Part shown: positions 20,275 to 30,966 of the stretch, piece by piece
Layout of the letters: the number at the start of each line of letters is the position of its first letter
How positions within the stretch are numbered: the first letter of the stretch is position 1
Assembly: GCA_043804635.1 (NCBI GenBank)
Contig: JAZDIU010000089.1
Location: 8,909 to 72,908, forward strand
Reading direction: 5' to 3'
Length of the DNA stretch: 64,000 nt
From: Chloroflexota bacterium
GTDB lineage: Bacteria > Chloroflexota > Dehalococcoidia > Dehalococcoidales > UBA2162
The notes under the pieces: generated by a model
Databases searched by the model: none
What the model was told of the DNA's origin: nothing
The model's input: the letters and a program-made list of their open reading frames with translations, nothing else
Made by a program: the position numbers and the translations under genes

Positions 20275-20505
20275 TTAGGAGCGGACGCGGTTGTTGTGCA
20301 GTGCTCCGCTCATAATGGGTTCGTCTAAATAAACGTCGCCATTCCTGATTTTCAGGTTGAAACCACAATCAGGATTGGTGCATACCCACGCTTTGTATTG
20401 AATGCTTGCTCCCTGGCTGCCGAAATCGGACAGAGGCACCAAGTCTCCGACCTTGCATTTCTGACATTTGGGGAATGTGTTTTGTTCCACCGGACTACCT
20501 CCCAT
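20275..20505 (-). CDS. Small zinc-ribbon protein (possibly Trm112-like fold)
   Basis: CQKC...CTNPDC then IRNG; the start may be a few codons downstream. Confidence 0.7.
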   Translation of the reverse strand: MGGSPVEQNTFPKCQKCKVGDLVPLSDFGSQGASIQYKAWVCTNPDCGFNLKIRNGDVYLDEPIMSGALHNNRVRS

Positions 20506-20572
20506 CCATAAGTAAATTTGTCCCGATTATACATCAAGATTTGATTCTATGCAAGAGCTTTTAGGCTCTGAT

Positions 20573-21157
20573 TTAGTATTTAGGATTTATGAGTTTAGTC
20601 AGGCTCATTCGGGTATAGATGGAGCCTTGCCGGGTAAGCTGGCTTTTCATCAGGCTGACCGCTTCGACTTTGAAACTGCCGCCCTCGAACTGGGTGTTGC
20701 TAATAAGCTCCCCCAGCTTCTGGCGCTCTTCGAACGAGGCTTCGTTGCGGACACGGCCCAGGGTCAGATGAGGCGAGAACGGTCTCGATTCGGGGGTAAA
20801 GCCGATTAATTCAAGATTGAAGTCGAGGTTTTGCTTGAGTTTACCTAACGGCTCCAGTTCATCCTGCATTCCTACCCAGACTACCTGCACGCGCCTCAAA
20901 TTGGGGAAAGCACCCAGCTCCTTGACCTCTATCTGGAAAGGCGGTATCTCACGAGCGGACTCCTCCATCGCCTTGGTTACCTCGTCGATTTTGTCCGAAG
21001 CCACATTGCCCAGGAAGTTCAGCGTCAGGTGAATGTTGTTGGCATCGACCCACTTCACTCCTGAGTTTCTTGCTTTCAATTGAGCGATGAGTTTACCCAG
21101 TTTACTCTTAATGTCGTCGGGCAGCTCGATGGCGACGAAAGAGCGGATTTCTTCCAT
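20573..21157 (-). CDS. thpR: RNA 2',3'-cyclic phosphodiesterase (2H family)
   Basis: RSFVAI, two HLTL motifs, SQL....SIY. Confidence 0.93.
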   Translation of the reverse strand: MEEIRSFVAIELPDDIKSKLGKLIAQLKARNSGVKWVDANNIHLTLNFLGNVASDKIDEVTKAMEESAREIPPFQIEVKELGAFPNLRRVQVVWVGMQDELEPLGKLKQNLDFNLELIGFTPESRPFSPHLTLGRVRNEASFEERQKLGELISNTQFEGGSFKVEAVSLMKSQLTRQGSIYTRMSLTKLINPKY

Positions 21158-21158
21158 T

Positions 21159-22004
21159 CTAAGCTCCTATCCTAAGCAGCTTTTGAGCGTTGCCGTAGAG
21201 AATGAGCCGCTCCGTTTCCGGAGGCAGGTTTAGCGACTTAATCTCTCTGAGAAGTCGGCTGGGTTTAAGCAAGGGGAAGTCAGTGCCGAAGAGGATTTTA
21301 TCGGCGCCGACCAACTGGATAGCTTGAGCATATATCTCGGGAGTGTAGAGGAACGGCGAAGCGGCGGAATCGAAATAGACGTTAGCCAGGGCTTTTTTGA
21401 CTTCGGGCATCAGGGCATAAAAGGGCAGGCCGCCGCCCCAGTGAGCACAGACGATGGGCAAATCGGGGTAGGCGGTAATGAGGGGATAAAGCATGCCGGG
21501 GGTAATCATCCCCTTGCCCGGATAGATGTGGCCCACTGGCTCCGAGGTGTGGGTAAGAAGAATGAGATTGTGTTTAGAGATGGTCCCGATGAAGGGCTTC
21601 ATTACCTTTTCGTCGTTGAAAGCCAGACCTTGAGCGTCGGGCCTGATTTCGCCCACGCCTTTTATGCCGCCTTTGACACAGCGCTCGATTTCAACCAGGG
21701 CGGCTTCGAGGGAGCGAGGCTGGACGGTGCAGAAGCCTATCAGACGCTTCGGGTAGCGGGCGATAGATTCCAGAATGTAGTCGTTGGTCTCGACGCACAG
21801 CTCGTGGCTGTTCCAGCCGATGTTGAGGACGACCGAGATATCGATGCCCTCTGCATCCATATTGGCGATGAGCTCCTCGGCGGTGGCGACTTTAGCCTTG
21901 GGCGAGGAGTAGAGGGTGGTAAAGGCGGGGTCTTTATCGATATAGCGGTCGCGGTTTTCCTTGAGTTTTGGAGAGAAGATATGGGTGTGAAAGTCAATAA
22001 TCAT
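21159..22004 (-). CDS. Amidohydrolase 2 family protein
   Basis: IIDFHTH, GVGE, AHWGGG, LFGTDFP; start moved to ATG 22004. Confidence 0.88.
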   Translation of the reverse strand: MIIDFHTHIFSPKLKENRDRYIDKDPAFTTLYSSPKAKVATAEELIANMDAEGIDISVVLNIGWNSHELCVETNDYILESIARYPKRLIGFCTVQPRSLEAALVEIERCVKGGIKGVGEIRPDAQGLAFNDEKVMKPFIGTISKHNLILLTHTSEPVGHIYPGKGMITPGMLYPLITAYPDLPIVCAHWGGGLPFYALMPEVKKALANVYFDSAASPFLYTPEIYAQAIQLVGADKILFGTDFPLLKPSRLLREIKSLNLPPETERLILYGNAQKLLRIGA

Positions 22005-22017
22005 CCGAGCCTCTCTC

Positions 22018-25000
22018 TTAGACTTTTCCCGAAGGTATCGGAAGTTCGACGGCAAAGGTGGCTCCTTTACCCAGTTCGCTTTCCGCCCAGATTTTACCGC
22101 CGTGCTCGGTGACTATGCCATGGCAGATGCTTAGCCCGAGCCCCGTGCCTTTGCCGACTTCTTTAGTAGTGAAAAAGGGATTAAAAACCAATTTCAGACT
22201 CTCTTTCAAAATTCCGGGACCATCATCGGTGAAAGTTGCCCGGAGAAAATTCCCTACCCGTTCTGTAGTGATGGTCAGGATACCTTTCTGGTGGACTTCG
22301 GCCATAAAGAATTCGGCATTGCCAATTATGTTGATGAAAACCTGCTGCAGCTGGGTGCTGTTTCCCAGAATTTTAGGTAGTTCCGCAGCCAGGCGGGTAT
22401 CGACTTTAATGTTATTTAACTTTTGCTCGTAGGCGCGCAGTTCCAGAACTTGTTTTATACCGTCATTAATATCTACTAGCCGTTTTTCTTCTGGATGTTT
22501 TCGGGCGAAAGTGAGGAGGTTTCTGACGATGGCGGCCGCGCGTTTCGCCTCCCGGTTGACCACGTTTATATCGTCTTTAATATCGTCGGGCAACTCCCGC
22601 TGGAGAACAAGGTCGGAAAAGCCGATGACACCGGTGAGTGGGTTGTTAAGCTCGTGAGCCACCCCCGATACCAGCTGCCCGATGGAAGCCAGACGGTCTT
22701 GAGTCATAAGCTGGTCTTCCATTTTCTTACGTTGCGTGACGTCCCGGATATAAAGGACCTGGGCAGGTTTCCCTTTGTAGTTTGTGCGGGCGCCGGTGAC
22801 CTCGACCATAACCTCGGTACCGTCTTTACGGACAATAGTTTCTTCGAAAGACTCGCTGATAACCTCTCCGCTCAGCCTTTTATAGTATCTATCTCTCGCG
22901 GCTGGCTGATCTTTGGGATGAACCAGGCGGCTGAAAGACATCTTGAGGAGTTCCTCTTGAGAATAGCCGGTGATTTTAGACCAGGCTTCACTGGCAAAGG
23001 CATGTACCGCTTCTTCACCATCCGTCTCCCACAACATGACGACTGCCTCTCCTACTTCAGAGCCCAACCTGATGAGAGCGCGATATCTTTCCTCCGATTC
23101 TCTCAGCTCCTCTAACGCCCGCTTCTGCTGAGTAATATCCTGAGCCACTACAATATACTGTGTTTCACCCGATTTCCCGGTCTGGCGCATGGAGGCTGCC
23201 GAAGCCCAGAATAAGCTCCCGTCTTTACGTTTGTTTCGCATCTCGAAACCGCTAATCTTATCGGTTTCTCGGATGAGTGCCATCCAGTGTTCTCTGTCTT
23301 TCGGGTCGTAGTAGCGGTCAGCGATGGAGGACTTCATGTATTCTTCTTTTGAATCGTAACCGTGCATTCTCCACATAGCTTCATTAGCTTCGATGAGTCG
23401 CCCCTCGGAGTCGACAATCACTATGCCGGTAGGAGCATTCTCCACCAGATTACGGAATCGTTCTTCTGATGCTTTTAATTTTATCTCCGCTTGTTTACGC
23501 TCGGTAATGTCTCGCCCGACTCCATAAATTCCGGTTGGTTTCCCCATATCATCCCGGACGGGACCGAGCACAGTTTCCAGTATTCTAACCGAGTGGTCCT
23601 TATGGTAGCACTCCAACTCAAGAACATATGGGCCCGTATTGGGTATTCCGGTTTCCATCTCTTTTTTCAGCTCGCTGTACAAAAGACTGGAAGCTTGCTT
23701 GAGCGATTCGGGAGTTAACTGTTCGTGCGGTAGTTGTTTAATACGTTCTTCAGGAGTAAATCCTAATACCTTTTCTATTGAAGGCGTCACATATATGGTC
23801 CTCATATTTAAGTCCGTCATAAAAGCGACGTCGGTCATATTATCTGACAAGAACCTATATTTGGCTTCGGATGCTCGTAGCTCTTTGTCCAGCCGCTTAC
23901 GCTCGGTGATATCCTGATATGCTACTTGGACCCGCTTCTTGCCATCCCAGATTACTTCCTTGGCAGATAGTAACAATTGACGAATTTCTCCGTCCTTCCG
24001 TACAACATCCACTTCGTAGTAAAGCGGGAGGGGTTCTCCCAGTATCCTCTTTGCTCTCCTGGCCAAGAATCGCTCATAGCTTTCAGGAGTATAAAGCTTC
24101 ACTAGCGGAACAGCTTTTAATTCCTCGATGCTTCCATAGCCGGTAATATCGAATAAGGCATTATTGGCATAAATCAGTTCCCCATCCAGGGTAGCGATGC
24201 GAATCCCCAGAGGAGAATCGTCCAAAGAGTTGCGGAAGTTCTGTTCGGCTGTTTTGAGCTTCTCTTCCACTGTCTTGAGCTCAGTAATGTCCTGCAGAGT
24301 ACCGGACAGTTTGATGATACTGCCTCTGGGACCACGGAACGGCTCGATGTTACTAATAATATTCCGCATCGGTCCCCGGGCAGGATTGGTTCGGAATTCG
24401 AATGTACCGGGTTTTCCCGTCTTTATAACGTTCGCCTGATGTTTCTGCATCAGGCGCCTATCTTCGGGATGGACGAAACTCAGGAACGCTTCAAAACTAG
24501 GAGTCGGTGCGGATGGTTCGAATCCTGTTAAGTGGAACATCTCAGCCGACCAGGTGGCGGCTCCGGTCGAAAGGTCTCGTCCCCAGCTTCCCAGTTTAGC
24601 GACTCGCTGGGAAGTCACCAGCCTTGCGGTGGTCTGCCGCAGTTCTTCTTCCCGTTGCTTCCTCCGGGTGATATCCCTGATATACACCACGTTGGCCGGC
24701 TGGCCGAGGTAAATCGTGCGGGTGCTGGTAAGTTCTATGGGGACCTGAGTGCCATCCTTTCTGGTAACGGACATCTCGAAAAGTCCGGGTAATGCTTCAC
24801 CCCTCATTTTGGCGCGGTGTCTTTCCCGGGAACTCTCACGGTCTTCAGAATTGACGAGGTCGAAAAACGACTTTCCGAGTAGTTCTTTTTGGGAATAGCC
24901 GGTGATGCGTAACCAGGCTTCGCTGGCAAAGATTTGGATACCTTCTCCTCGCTCGGTATCCTGCAAGATAACGATAGCTTCGCCAATCTCACTGCCTAGC

Positions 25001-26613
25001 TCAACGAGGGTGCGGTATCTTTCCTCCGACTCCTGGAGAGCTTTCTCTGTCTGCTTGCTCTCGGTGATGTCTTCTCCCGAACTGAGAGTTCCGGTGATTC
25101 TACTATCGTCCATCAGCAAGGTATTGTGCCAGGCGATAAGTCTCTCCTCCCCGTTTTTAGTCAATACCGGGTTTTCAAAGTAATCTACCGGCTTGACTTC
25201 GCCGGTCATCAACTTGTCAAAGACACCTCTAACCTGCTTTCTGTCTTTATCGGGAATAAAGGTGTCAAACCAGTTCTTGCCTATAATGGCTTTTTCAGTG
25301 TAACCCAGGACTTCAATAGCTTTTTGATTTGAAAGGTTGACTTTACCACTCTTATCGAGAGCTATCATTATAACGCCGGCAGTTTGCAGGTATTGGTTTG
25401 CTAAAGCTCTTTCGCGGAGCAGTGCTGCCTCGGCTTCCTTGCGAGCGCTGATGTCACGCCTTATTGCCACGACGGCGGGCTTACCATCATATTCAATCCG
25501 GACGGCGCTGGTCTCAACCGGTATCGTTTTACCGTCTTTACGTATGACTTTGGTCTCGTAAGTGCTCGGTACGTCCTCCCCGGTCATCCGCCTTTTGTGT
25601 CTATCGGCTACCATTTCTCTGTCCTCCGGGGCGATGAAATCAACGAATGGTTTGCCGATTATCTCCGCCGGCAGAAAGCCGACCATTCTGGCAGTCGCCG
25701 AATTAGCATATTTGATGAGTCCGCCCTGAATGAGGAGAATGCTGTCATCGCTTTGTTCTACAAGGGCAGAATATCTTCTCTGTGACTCGCGCAGCTCTTC
25801 TTCTACCTGATTGCGTTCGGTAGTGTCCCTGGCTACCCCTAATACTGCTACTACTTCGTTAGCAGAATTTTTTATCGGGCTAAGATGGGTATCAAGACAT
25901 AAGTTTCTTCCATTTATAATAAAGCAGCTTTCCCGGCTTTGAGGGACTCCGGTTTTATAAACACCCCTCAAATTTTCCAAGAACTGTCTGGACACTTCTT
26001 TTGGAAATAAATTAGCAATACTTTTGCCGATAATCTCCTCAGGGTTTTTTCGTAAAAAGCGTGCTCCAGAGGTATTAACCGATAATACCCTGATGTCTTT
26101 ATCGATTACGAAGATGCTATCGGTGGCGCTTTCTACCAGAGTTCTATACTTTTCTTCAGACTCGTGAATGGCTTGCTCTGTTTGCTTGCGTTCGGTAATA
26201 TCACGGATGATTGCCATAACCGCCGGTTTGCCTTCGTGTTCAATCACGCTGGCATTGACTTCGATAGGTATCATCGTACCATTCTTACCGAACATCTCGG
26301 CTTCATAGTGGTTCGGCACGGCTTTTCCGGCTTGCCTTTTTCGATATATATCTGCCACAAAGGTTCGATAGTCCGGTGTTATGAAGTCTATAAACGGCTT
26401 GCCGATACCTTCATCCGGTGAAAAACCGGTCATCTCTTTCATTTTGACATTGGTAAAAACGAGATTGCCGCCCTGAATAATGACGATGCCATCGTTTCCG
26501 GATTCTACGAGGGTGGTATACTTGGCGGCGGTTGCTTCCAGCTCAGCAACCCTTTGCTTTAGTAAAGCCAGTTCATCGATGGGTTGCTCTTTTGCCTTTT
26601 TATCGCTTTTCAT
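22018..26613 (-). CDS. Cytoplasmic histidine kinase with about 10 PAS/PAC domains
   Basis: Repeated ...RDITERK PAC ends; H-box VAHELNNPL, N-box, DDGPG, FFTTK, GTGLGL; no TM segment or receiver. Confidence 0.93.
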   Translation of the reverse strand: MKSDKKAKEQPIDELALLKQRVAELEATAAKYTTLVESGNDGIVIIQGGNLVFTNVKMKEMTGFSPDEGIGKPFIDFITPDYRTFVADIYRKRQAGKAVPNHYEAEMFGKNGTMIPIEVNASVIEHEGKPAVMAIIRDITERKQTEQAIHESEEKYRTLVESATDSIFVIDKDIRVLSVNTSGARFLRKNPEEIIGKSIANLFPKEVSRQFLENLRGVYKTGVPQSRESCFIINGRNLCLDTHLSPIKNSANEVVAVLGVARDTTERNQVEEELRESQRRYSALVEQSDDSILLIQGGLIKYANSATARMVGFLPAEIIGKPFVDFIAPEDREMVADRHKRRMTGEDVPSTYETKVIRKDGKTIPVETSAVRIEYDGKPAVVAIRRDISARKEAEAALLRERALANQYLQTAGVIMIALDKSGKVNLSNQKAIEVLGYTEKAIIGKNWFDTFIPDKDRKQVRGVFDKLMTGEVKPVDYFENPVLTKNGEERLIAWHNTLLMDDSRITGTLSSGEDITESKQTEKALQESEERYRTLVELGSEIGEAIVILQDTERGEGIQIFASEAWLRITGYSQKELLGKSFFDLVNSEDRESSRERHRAKMRGEALPGLFEMSVTRKDGTQVPIELTSTRTIYLGQPANVVYIRDITRRKQREEELRQTTARLVTSQRVAKLGSWGRDLSTGAATWSAEMFHLTGFEPSAPTPSFEAFLSFVHPEDRRLMQKHQANVIKTGKPGTFEFRTNPARGPMRNIISNIEPFRGPRGSIIKLSGTLQDITELKTVEEKLKTAEQNFRNSLDDSPLGIRIATLDGELIYANNALFDITGYGSIEELKAVPLVKLYTPESYERFLARRAKRILGEPLPLYYEVDVVRKDGEIRQLLLSAKEVIWDGKKRVQVAYQDITERKRLDKELRASEAKYRFLSDNMTDVAFMTDLNMRTIYVTPSIEKVLGFTPEERIKQLPHEQLTPESLKQASSLLYSELKKEMETGIPNTGPYVLELECYHKDHSVRILETVLGPVRDDMGKPTGIYGVGRDITERKQAEIKLKASEERFRNLVENAPTGIVIVDSEGRLIEANEAMWRMHGYDSKEEYMKSSIADRYYDPKDREHWMALIRETDKISGFEMRNKRKDGSLFWASAASMRQTGKSGETQYIVVAQDITQQKRALEELRESEERYRALIRLGSEVGEAVVMLWETDGEEAVHAFASEAWSKITGYSQEELLKMSFSRLVHPKDQPAARDRYYKRLSGEVISESFEETIVRKDGTEVMVEVTGARTNYKGKPAQVLYIRDVTQRKKMEDQLMTQDRLASIGQLVSGVAHELNNPLTGVIGFSDLVLQRELPDDIKDDINVVNREAKRAAAIVRNLLTFARKHPEEKRLVDINDGIKQVLELRAYEQKLNNIKVDTRLAAELPKILGNSTQLQQVFINIIGNAEFFMAEVHQKGILTITTERVGNFLRATFTDDGPGILKESLKLVFNPFFTTKEVGKGTGLGLSICHGIVTEHGGKIWAESELGKGATFAVELPIPSGKV

Positions 26614-26794
26614 CTCCCCTCCCGAATAGGGCTATGTTCCCCAACTTAACCTTAAATAAAGAGCCGGCTGGTAAGAGCAAAGTATTTTTCTATACGCTAG
26701 ATTATATCAGAGATTGGCGGTTTTTCAATATTGGTTGGGGTGACAAGTTCTACCTCTTGATTATTTCTGCTATAATTAAAGCTCAGGAGATATT

Positions 26795-26990
26795 ATGAAG
26801 TTTGCTATCATTCTTGAACAAGACGAAGATGGTTTCATCTTGCCAGTTGCCCCGCTTTGCCCGGGTGTCACTCCCAGGGTAGAACTAGAGCAGAAGCCGT
26901 CGCTAATATCGAAGAGGCGATACGAGGTTACATAGCCGGTAAGCGTAAGCACAGCGAGCCGATACCAGAAACCAATGTATTTTCTGAGTC
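26795..26990 (+). pseudogene. Frameshifted HicB-family antitoxin
   Basis: MKFAIILEQDEDGFI, then after an apparent 1-nt deletion ASCPALPGCHSQGRTRAEAVANIEEAIRGY; AGGAG RBS and TGCTATAAT upstream. Confidence 0.8.
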
Positions 26991-27213
26991 AAAGAAGTCT
27001 GAGGAAATCTTCTCGGCTAAGTTCGGTATCACGTAGGATTTTACTGATAAGCCCGCGTCCGATAGATTCACCTTTATGGATAGGTATTACAGTGGCTCTA
27101 CCATCAAGGTGTTTTAAATGAACGTGACTGCCTCTTTGTCTATCTATCTCAAAACCAGCTTTGCTTAGAGCCTTGATAATCTTTTCACCGGACAAAGAGG
27201 GTAATCGAGTCAT
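26989..27213 (-). CDS. hicA: HicA-family toxin
   Basis: GFEIDRQRGSH, VIPIH, GLISKIL. Confidence 0.92.
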   Translation of the reverse strand: MTRLPSLSGEKIIKALSKAGFEIDRQRGSHVHLKHLDGRATVIPIHKGESIGRGLISKILRDTELSREDFLRLL

Positions 27214-27428
27214 ACCGCAATTCTCTGAACCCCCACGAAGCTGAGTTCGCCTTCTGTTGATTCACCTTCTACTTCGAGACAAAGTAAAACAGCTTCCTTA
27301 ATGCGCTTCATCAATTCATCCAGAGATTTGGCTTGCGTATGACATCCTTTGAGTGCAGGAACCGTCCCGACAAAATACCCATCCTCATCTCTTTCAATAA
27401 CAACGGTAAATTCTCTTTTCACACTCAA
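27210..27428 (-). CDS. hicB: HicB-family antitoxin (short form)
   Basis: VVIERDEDGYF..VPALKGCHTQA. Confidence 0.92.
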   Translation of the reverse strand: MSVKREFTVVIERDEDGYFVGTVPALKGCHTQAKSLDELMKRIKEAVLLCLEVEGESTEGELSFVGVQRIAV

Positions 27429-27440
27429 CCTCTTAGAACT

Positions 27441-27470
27441 AGAACAGATGTTATATAGAACAAATGTTAA
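27441..27470. promoter_or_regulatory. Two tandem LexA-like boxes upstream of hicBA
   Basis: AGAACAGATGTTAT and AGAACAAATGTTAA, 16-bp period. Confidence 0.55.
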
Positions 27471-27525
27471 ATATTGCTAATACTAGTTTATACTAAAGAT
27501 GATTCTTTTTCAATGAGCTCTTAAA

Positions 27526-28335
27526 TCACTTGAGAGCATTTCTCAATCCCTTTACAAACTCTTTTACCCGCGGTATAAAGTCAGGAGTCTCCATAAGCTG
27601 GATGAGGCGGCTGCCCACGATAACGCCGTCGGCGATGCGGGCGACACGTTTTGCCTGCTCGGGTGTGGATATGCCGAAACCGATACAGATGGGCTGGGTG
27701 GCAACTTTTCTGACTCTAGCGGCGAATTGCTCGAGGTCGGCAGGTAGCTGATTTCTCGCTCCAGTAACTCCAGCGACTGAGACGAGATAAATGAAACCGG
27801 TAGAATGCTTAGCTACCAGCTTTATGCGTTCTTCAGTGCTGGTCGGCGCCAGCAGGTAAATAAGGTCAAGCCCTTGTTTGTGGGCGGCTGTTTCCAGTTC
27901 CGAGCCTTCCTCCGGGGGCAGGTCGGGAATAATCATACCGTCAATACCATTCTTAGCACAGGCGTCAGAGAATTTTTCCAGTCCGTAGTTGAGAATTGGG
28001 TTGTAGTAACCCATAAAGACGAGCGGAATATTAATCCTCTGCCTCAGTTTTCGGGCGATATCGAGGCAGATTTCGGGGGTAACGCCGTTTTGCAGAGCGC
28101 TAAAGCTTGCTTTTTGTATGGTGACGCCATCAGCGAGGGGGTCGGAGAAAGGTATGCCCAGCTCGACGATATCAGCGCCAGATTCAGCCAGAAGGGGGAC
28201 TACCTGTAAGGTGGCATCAAGACTAGGATAACCAACGGTAACGTAGGTGAGGAGTGCTTTGCGGCCGGGCTTAAAAACAGAAGCAATGCGGCTTCGCCTC
28301 CTTCCCGTTCGCCCTGAGCTTGTCGAAGGGCTCAT
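27526..28335 (-). CDS. trpA: Tryptophan synthase alpha chain with 13-aa element-derived N-terminal insert
   Basis: [26 protein letters not shown] overlap with the trpB stop. Confidence 0.96.
   Translation of the reverse strand: MSPSTSSGRTGRRRSRIASVFKPGRKALLTYVTVGYPSLDATLQVVPLLAESGADIVELGIPFSDPLADGVTIQKASFSALQNGVTPEICLDIARKLRQRINIPLVFMGYYNPILNYGLEKFSDACAKNGIDGMIIPDLPPEEGSELETAAHKQGLDLIYLLAPTSTEERIKLVAKHSTGFIYLVSVAGVTGARNQLPADLEQFAARVRKVATQPICIGFGISTPEQAKRVARIADGVIVGSRLIQLMETPDFIPRVKEFVKGLRNALK
28305..28330 (+). repeat. Hairpin element A within an apparent 39-bp in-frame insert at the trpA start
   Basis: ccgttcgccctgagcttgtcgaaggg; insert flanked by AGCC on the coding strand. Confidence 0.85.
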
Positions 28336-29516
28336 AGTTTCACCCCCAGTGCTTCGGCGACGATGCCCATATCTTTATCACCCCGTCCGGAGAGATTGAC
28401 CACAATGATTTTTTCTTTATTGAGTGTGCCGGCGATTTTAGCGGTGTAAAAGATGGCGTGGGAGGATTCGAGGGCGGGAGGAATTCCTTCCGTCTGGCAG
28501 AGCAGTTTGAAGCCTTCGAGGGCTTCTGTGTCGGTGACGCCGACATAAGTGGCGCGGCCGGTGTCTTTGAGATAGCTGTGCTCAGGACCAACGCCTGGGT
28601 AATCGAGTCCGGCGGAAATGCTGTGGGTCTCCTGAATCTGTCCGGCGCTATCCTGGAGAATATAGGACTTAGCTCCATGTAGCACGCCGATTTTACCGGC
28701 TAACAGCGTGGCAGCGTGCTCACCGGTTGCCAGTCCCTTGCCAGCGGCTTCGACTCCGATAAGTTTAACTTCTTTATCGTCCAGGAAGGGATGGAAAATA
28801 CCGATGGAATTACTGCCGCCGCCGACGCAGGCAATAATATAGTCGGGGAGGCGGCCAGTTTTTTTCATTATCTGGTCTCTCGTCTCTTTGCCGATGACCG
28901 ACTGGAAATCACGCACCATCGTGGGGTAGGGGTGGGGACCGACCACCGAACCGAGCAGATAGTGAGTGTTGCTGACATTAGTGACCCAGTCCCGGATAGC
29001 TTCATTGATGGCGTCCTTGAGCGTCCGGCTGCCGCTGGAGACTGGCCTGACCTCAGCGCCCATTAGCTTCATCCGGAAGACGTTGAGCGACTGTCGCCGG
29101 ATATCTTCTTCACCCATATAAATAATGCAGTCCAGTCCGAGCTTGGCACAAACAGCGGCGGTAGCCACGCCGTGCTGTCCGGCACCCGTCTCGGCAATGA
29201 TGCGCTTCTTATCCATTCTTTTAGCGAGCAGACCCTGGCCGAGAGCATTGTTTATTTTGTGGGCGCCAGTGTGGGCTAAATCCTCACGCTTGAGGAAAAT
29301 CTGGGCGCCTCCGCAGTGAGCGGTCAGCTTTTGCGCAAGATAAAGCGGGGTTGGCCTGCCGGCATAATCGCAAAACAGGCAGTCAAGCTCAGACCAGAAA
29401 GAGGCATCACCAATAGCTTCGTTATAAGCTTTTTCCAGTTCATCGAGGGCTGGGATTAACGTCTCCGGGACGAACCGCCCGCCGTATTTACCAAAGTAAC
29501 CTTTCTTGTTAGACAA
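28332..29516 (-). CDS. trpB: Tryptophan synthase beta chain
   Basis: [29 protein letters not shown]. Confidence 0.97.
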   Translation of the reverse strand: MSNKKGYFGKYGGRFVPETLIPALDELEKAYNEAIGDASFWSELDCLFCDYAGRPTPLYLAQKLTAHCGGAQIFLKREDLAHTGAHKINNALGQGLLAKRMDKKRIIAETGAGQHGVATAAVCAKLGLDCIIYMGEEDIRRQSLNVFRMKLMGAEVRPVSSGSRTLKDAINEAIRDWVTNVSNTHYLLGSVVGPHPYPTMVRDFQSVIGKETRDQIMKKTGRLPDYIIACVGGGSNSIGIFHPFLDDKEVKLIGVEAAGKGLATGEHAATLLAGKIGVLHGAKSYILQDSAGQIQETHSISAGLDYPGVGPEHSYLKDTGRATYVGVTDTEALEGFKLLCQTEGIPPALESSHAIFYTAKIAGTLNKEKIIVVNLSGRGDKDMGIVAEALGVKL

Positions 29517-29518
29517 AA

Positions 29519-30172
29519 CTAACTCCTTTCTGCTTCCTTTACTGCCTGGATGAAAGCTCTGATTTTCGACGGGTCTTTTCGTCCATCGGTCTCAACGCCT
29601 GAGGAGACATCAACTCCCCAGGGATGGACTTCGGTTATCATCTGACCCACATTGGTGGGGGTGAGCCCGCCAGCTACTATGACAGCGAACCTCTTCATTA
29701 TTGCTTTAGCCAGTTGCCAGTCGAAGGTCTGGCCGGTGCCGCCGTAGACTTCCTTGACTGGCGAATCAAGCGTGACGATAAATTCTTTACTGCGCAGGAG
29801 CCGTTCGCCGCTTTGTATCTCAGCAATGATTTTATCCGCTGTTTTGTCAGGTGAAACGTGGATGACTTTAATAATCGGTTTTCTGATTTCACGGCAGTAT
29901 TCCCAGGTCTCATCGCCGCTAAGCTGGACCCAGTCCAGGCGGCAGTCATTAGCGATTTGATTGACTTCGTCAGCCGGGGAGTTGGCAAAGACGCCTACCA
30001 GCGAGGGACGGGTCTGCAATGCTAAGATAGCTTCTCTTATTTTGCGAGCTTGCTGTTGAGTAACCTGACGCCGGCTCTTGGCAAAGACCATCCCGATGAA
30101 ATCAGCCCCGGCGTGGCTGGCTACCAGGGCATGCTCAATTTCAGAAATTCCACAGAGTTTGACTCGAATCAC
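29519..30172 (-). CDS. trpF: Phosphoribosylanthranilate isomerase
   Basis: [26 protein letters not shown]. Confidence 0.95.
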   Translation of the reverse strand: MIRVKLCGISEIEHALVASHAGADFIGMVFAKSRRQVTQQQARKIREAILALQTRPSLVGVFANSPADEVNQIANDCRLDWVQLSGDETWEYCREIRKPIIKVIHVSPDKTADKIIAEIQSGERLLRSKEFIVTLDSPVKEVYGGTGQTFDWQLAKAIMKRFAVIVAGGLTPTNVGQMITEVHPWGVDVSSGVETDGRKDPSKIRAFIQAVKEAERS

Positions 30173-30957
30173 ATTAGTTCCTTTATTTTAGCTCCAATAT
30201 CGGGTGCCGTCAGCAATGATTCGCCGATGAGCACCGCATTGATGCCCCACTGCTTCAGTTTGGTTATCTCTTTGTGGTCTTTGATACCGCTTTCGCTGAC
30301 TACGATTCTATCCTTCACAGAGTGAAGGATAAGGGGGCAGAGTCGCTGGGTGGTGGTTATATCTACATTAAAAGTCTTTAAGTCTCGATTGTTGATGCCG
30401 ATGATTCTGGCCTCACTTTTCAGGGCTATGGCTAACTCAGCTTCATTATGCACTTCCACAAGGCAACTCATCCCCAGCTCGTAGCTCAGCTTGAGTAGCT
30501 TTCTTAATTTCTCCGGCGTCAGGATAGCCACAATCAGCAAGAGGCTGTCAGCGCCGTAAGCCCTCGCTTCATAGACCTGATACGGGTCGAAGATAAAGTC
30601 TTTTCTGAGCAACGGGATTCTGTTGCCCAGCGCCTTTCTGATGTCCTTCAGGTGGTCAAGGCTACCCTGAAAGTATTTAGGCTCGGTCAGGACGGATATG
30701 GCGGAAGCGCCATTGGCGGCGTAGGTGCGGGCGATTTCCACCGGATTGAAATCAGGACAAATAATACCTTTTGAAGGCGAGGCTCTTTTAACTTCGGCGA
30801 TGAGTTTGATGCCAGTGCCGCGCAGTGCCGAAGCGAAGTCGAGCGGGCGCGGCTGTTTCAGTGCCATCTCTTTAAGCTTTGCTAGCGGCAAAGCCTTTTT
30901 TCTGCCTTCGAGAGTCAATTTGGTATCAGCAACTATCGGTTCTAACATTGTGGTCAT
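30169..30957 (-). CDS. trpC: Indole-3-glycerol phosphate synthase
   Basis: IAEVKRASPSKG, LRKDF, GINNRDL, SESGI. Confidence 0.96.
   Translation of the reverse strand: MTTMLEPIVADTKLTLEGRKKALPLAKLKEMALKQPRPLDFASALRGTGIKLIAEVKRASPSKGIICPDFNPVEIARTYAANGASAISVLTEPKYFQGSLDHLKDIRKALGNRIPLLRKDFIFDPYQVYEARAYGADSLLLIVAILTPEKLRKLLKLSYELGMSCLVEVHNEAELAIALKSEARIIGINNRDLKTFNVDITTTQRLCPLILHSVKDRIVVSESGIKDHKEITKLKQWGINAVLIGESLLTAPDIGAKIKELM
30310..30330. repeat. Palindrome B (ATCCTTCAC-N3-GTGAAGGAT) inside trpC
   Basis: Same palindrome occurs three times in the T-box leader; encodes ILHSVKD. Confidence 0.85.
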
Positions 30958-30966
30958 TGGTTTTAT

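Noticed and set aside
21324..22112. 262-aa plus-strand ORF
   Set aside because: Antisense shadow of the GC-rich amidohydrolase gene.
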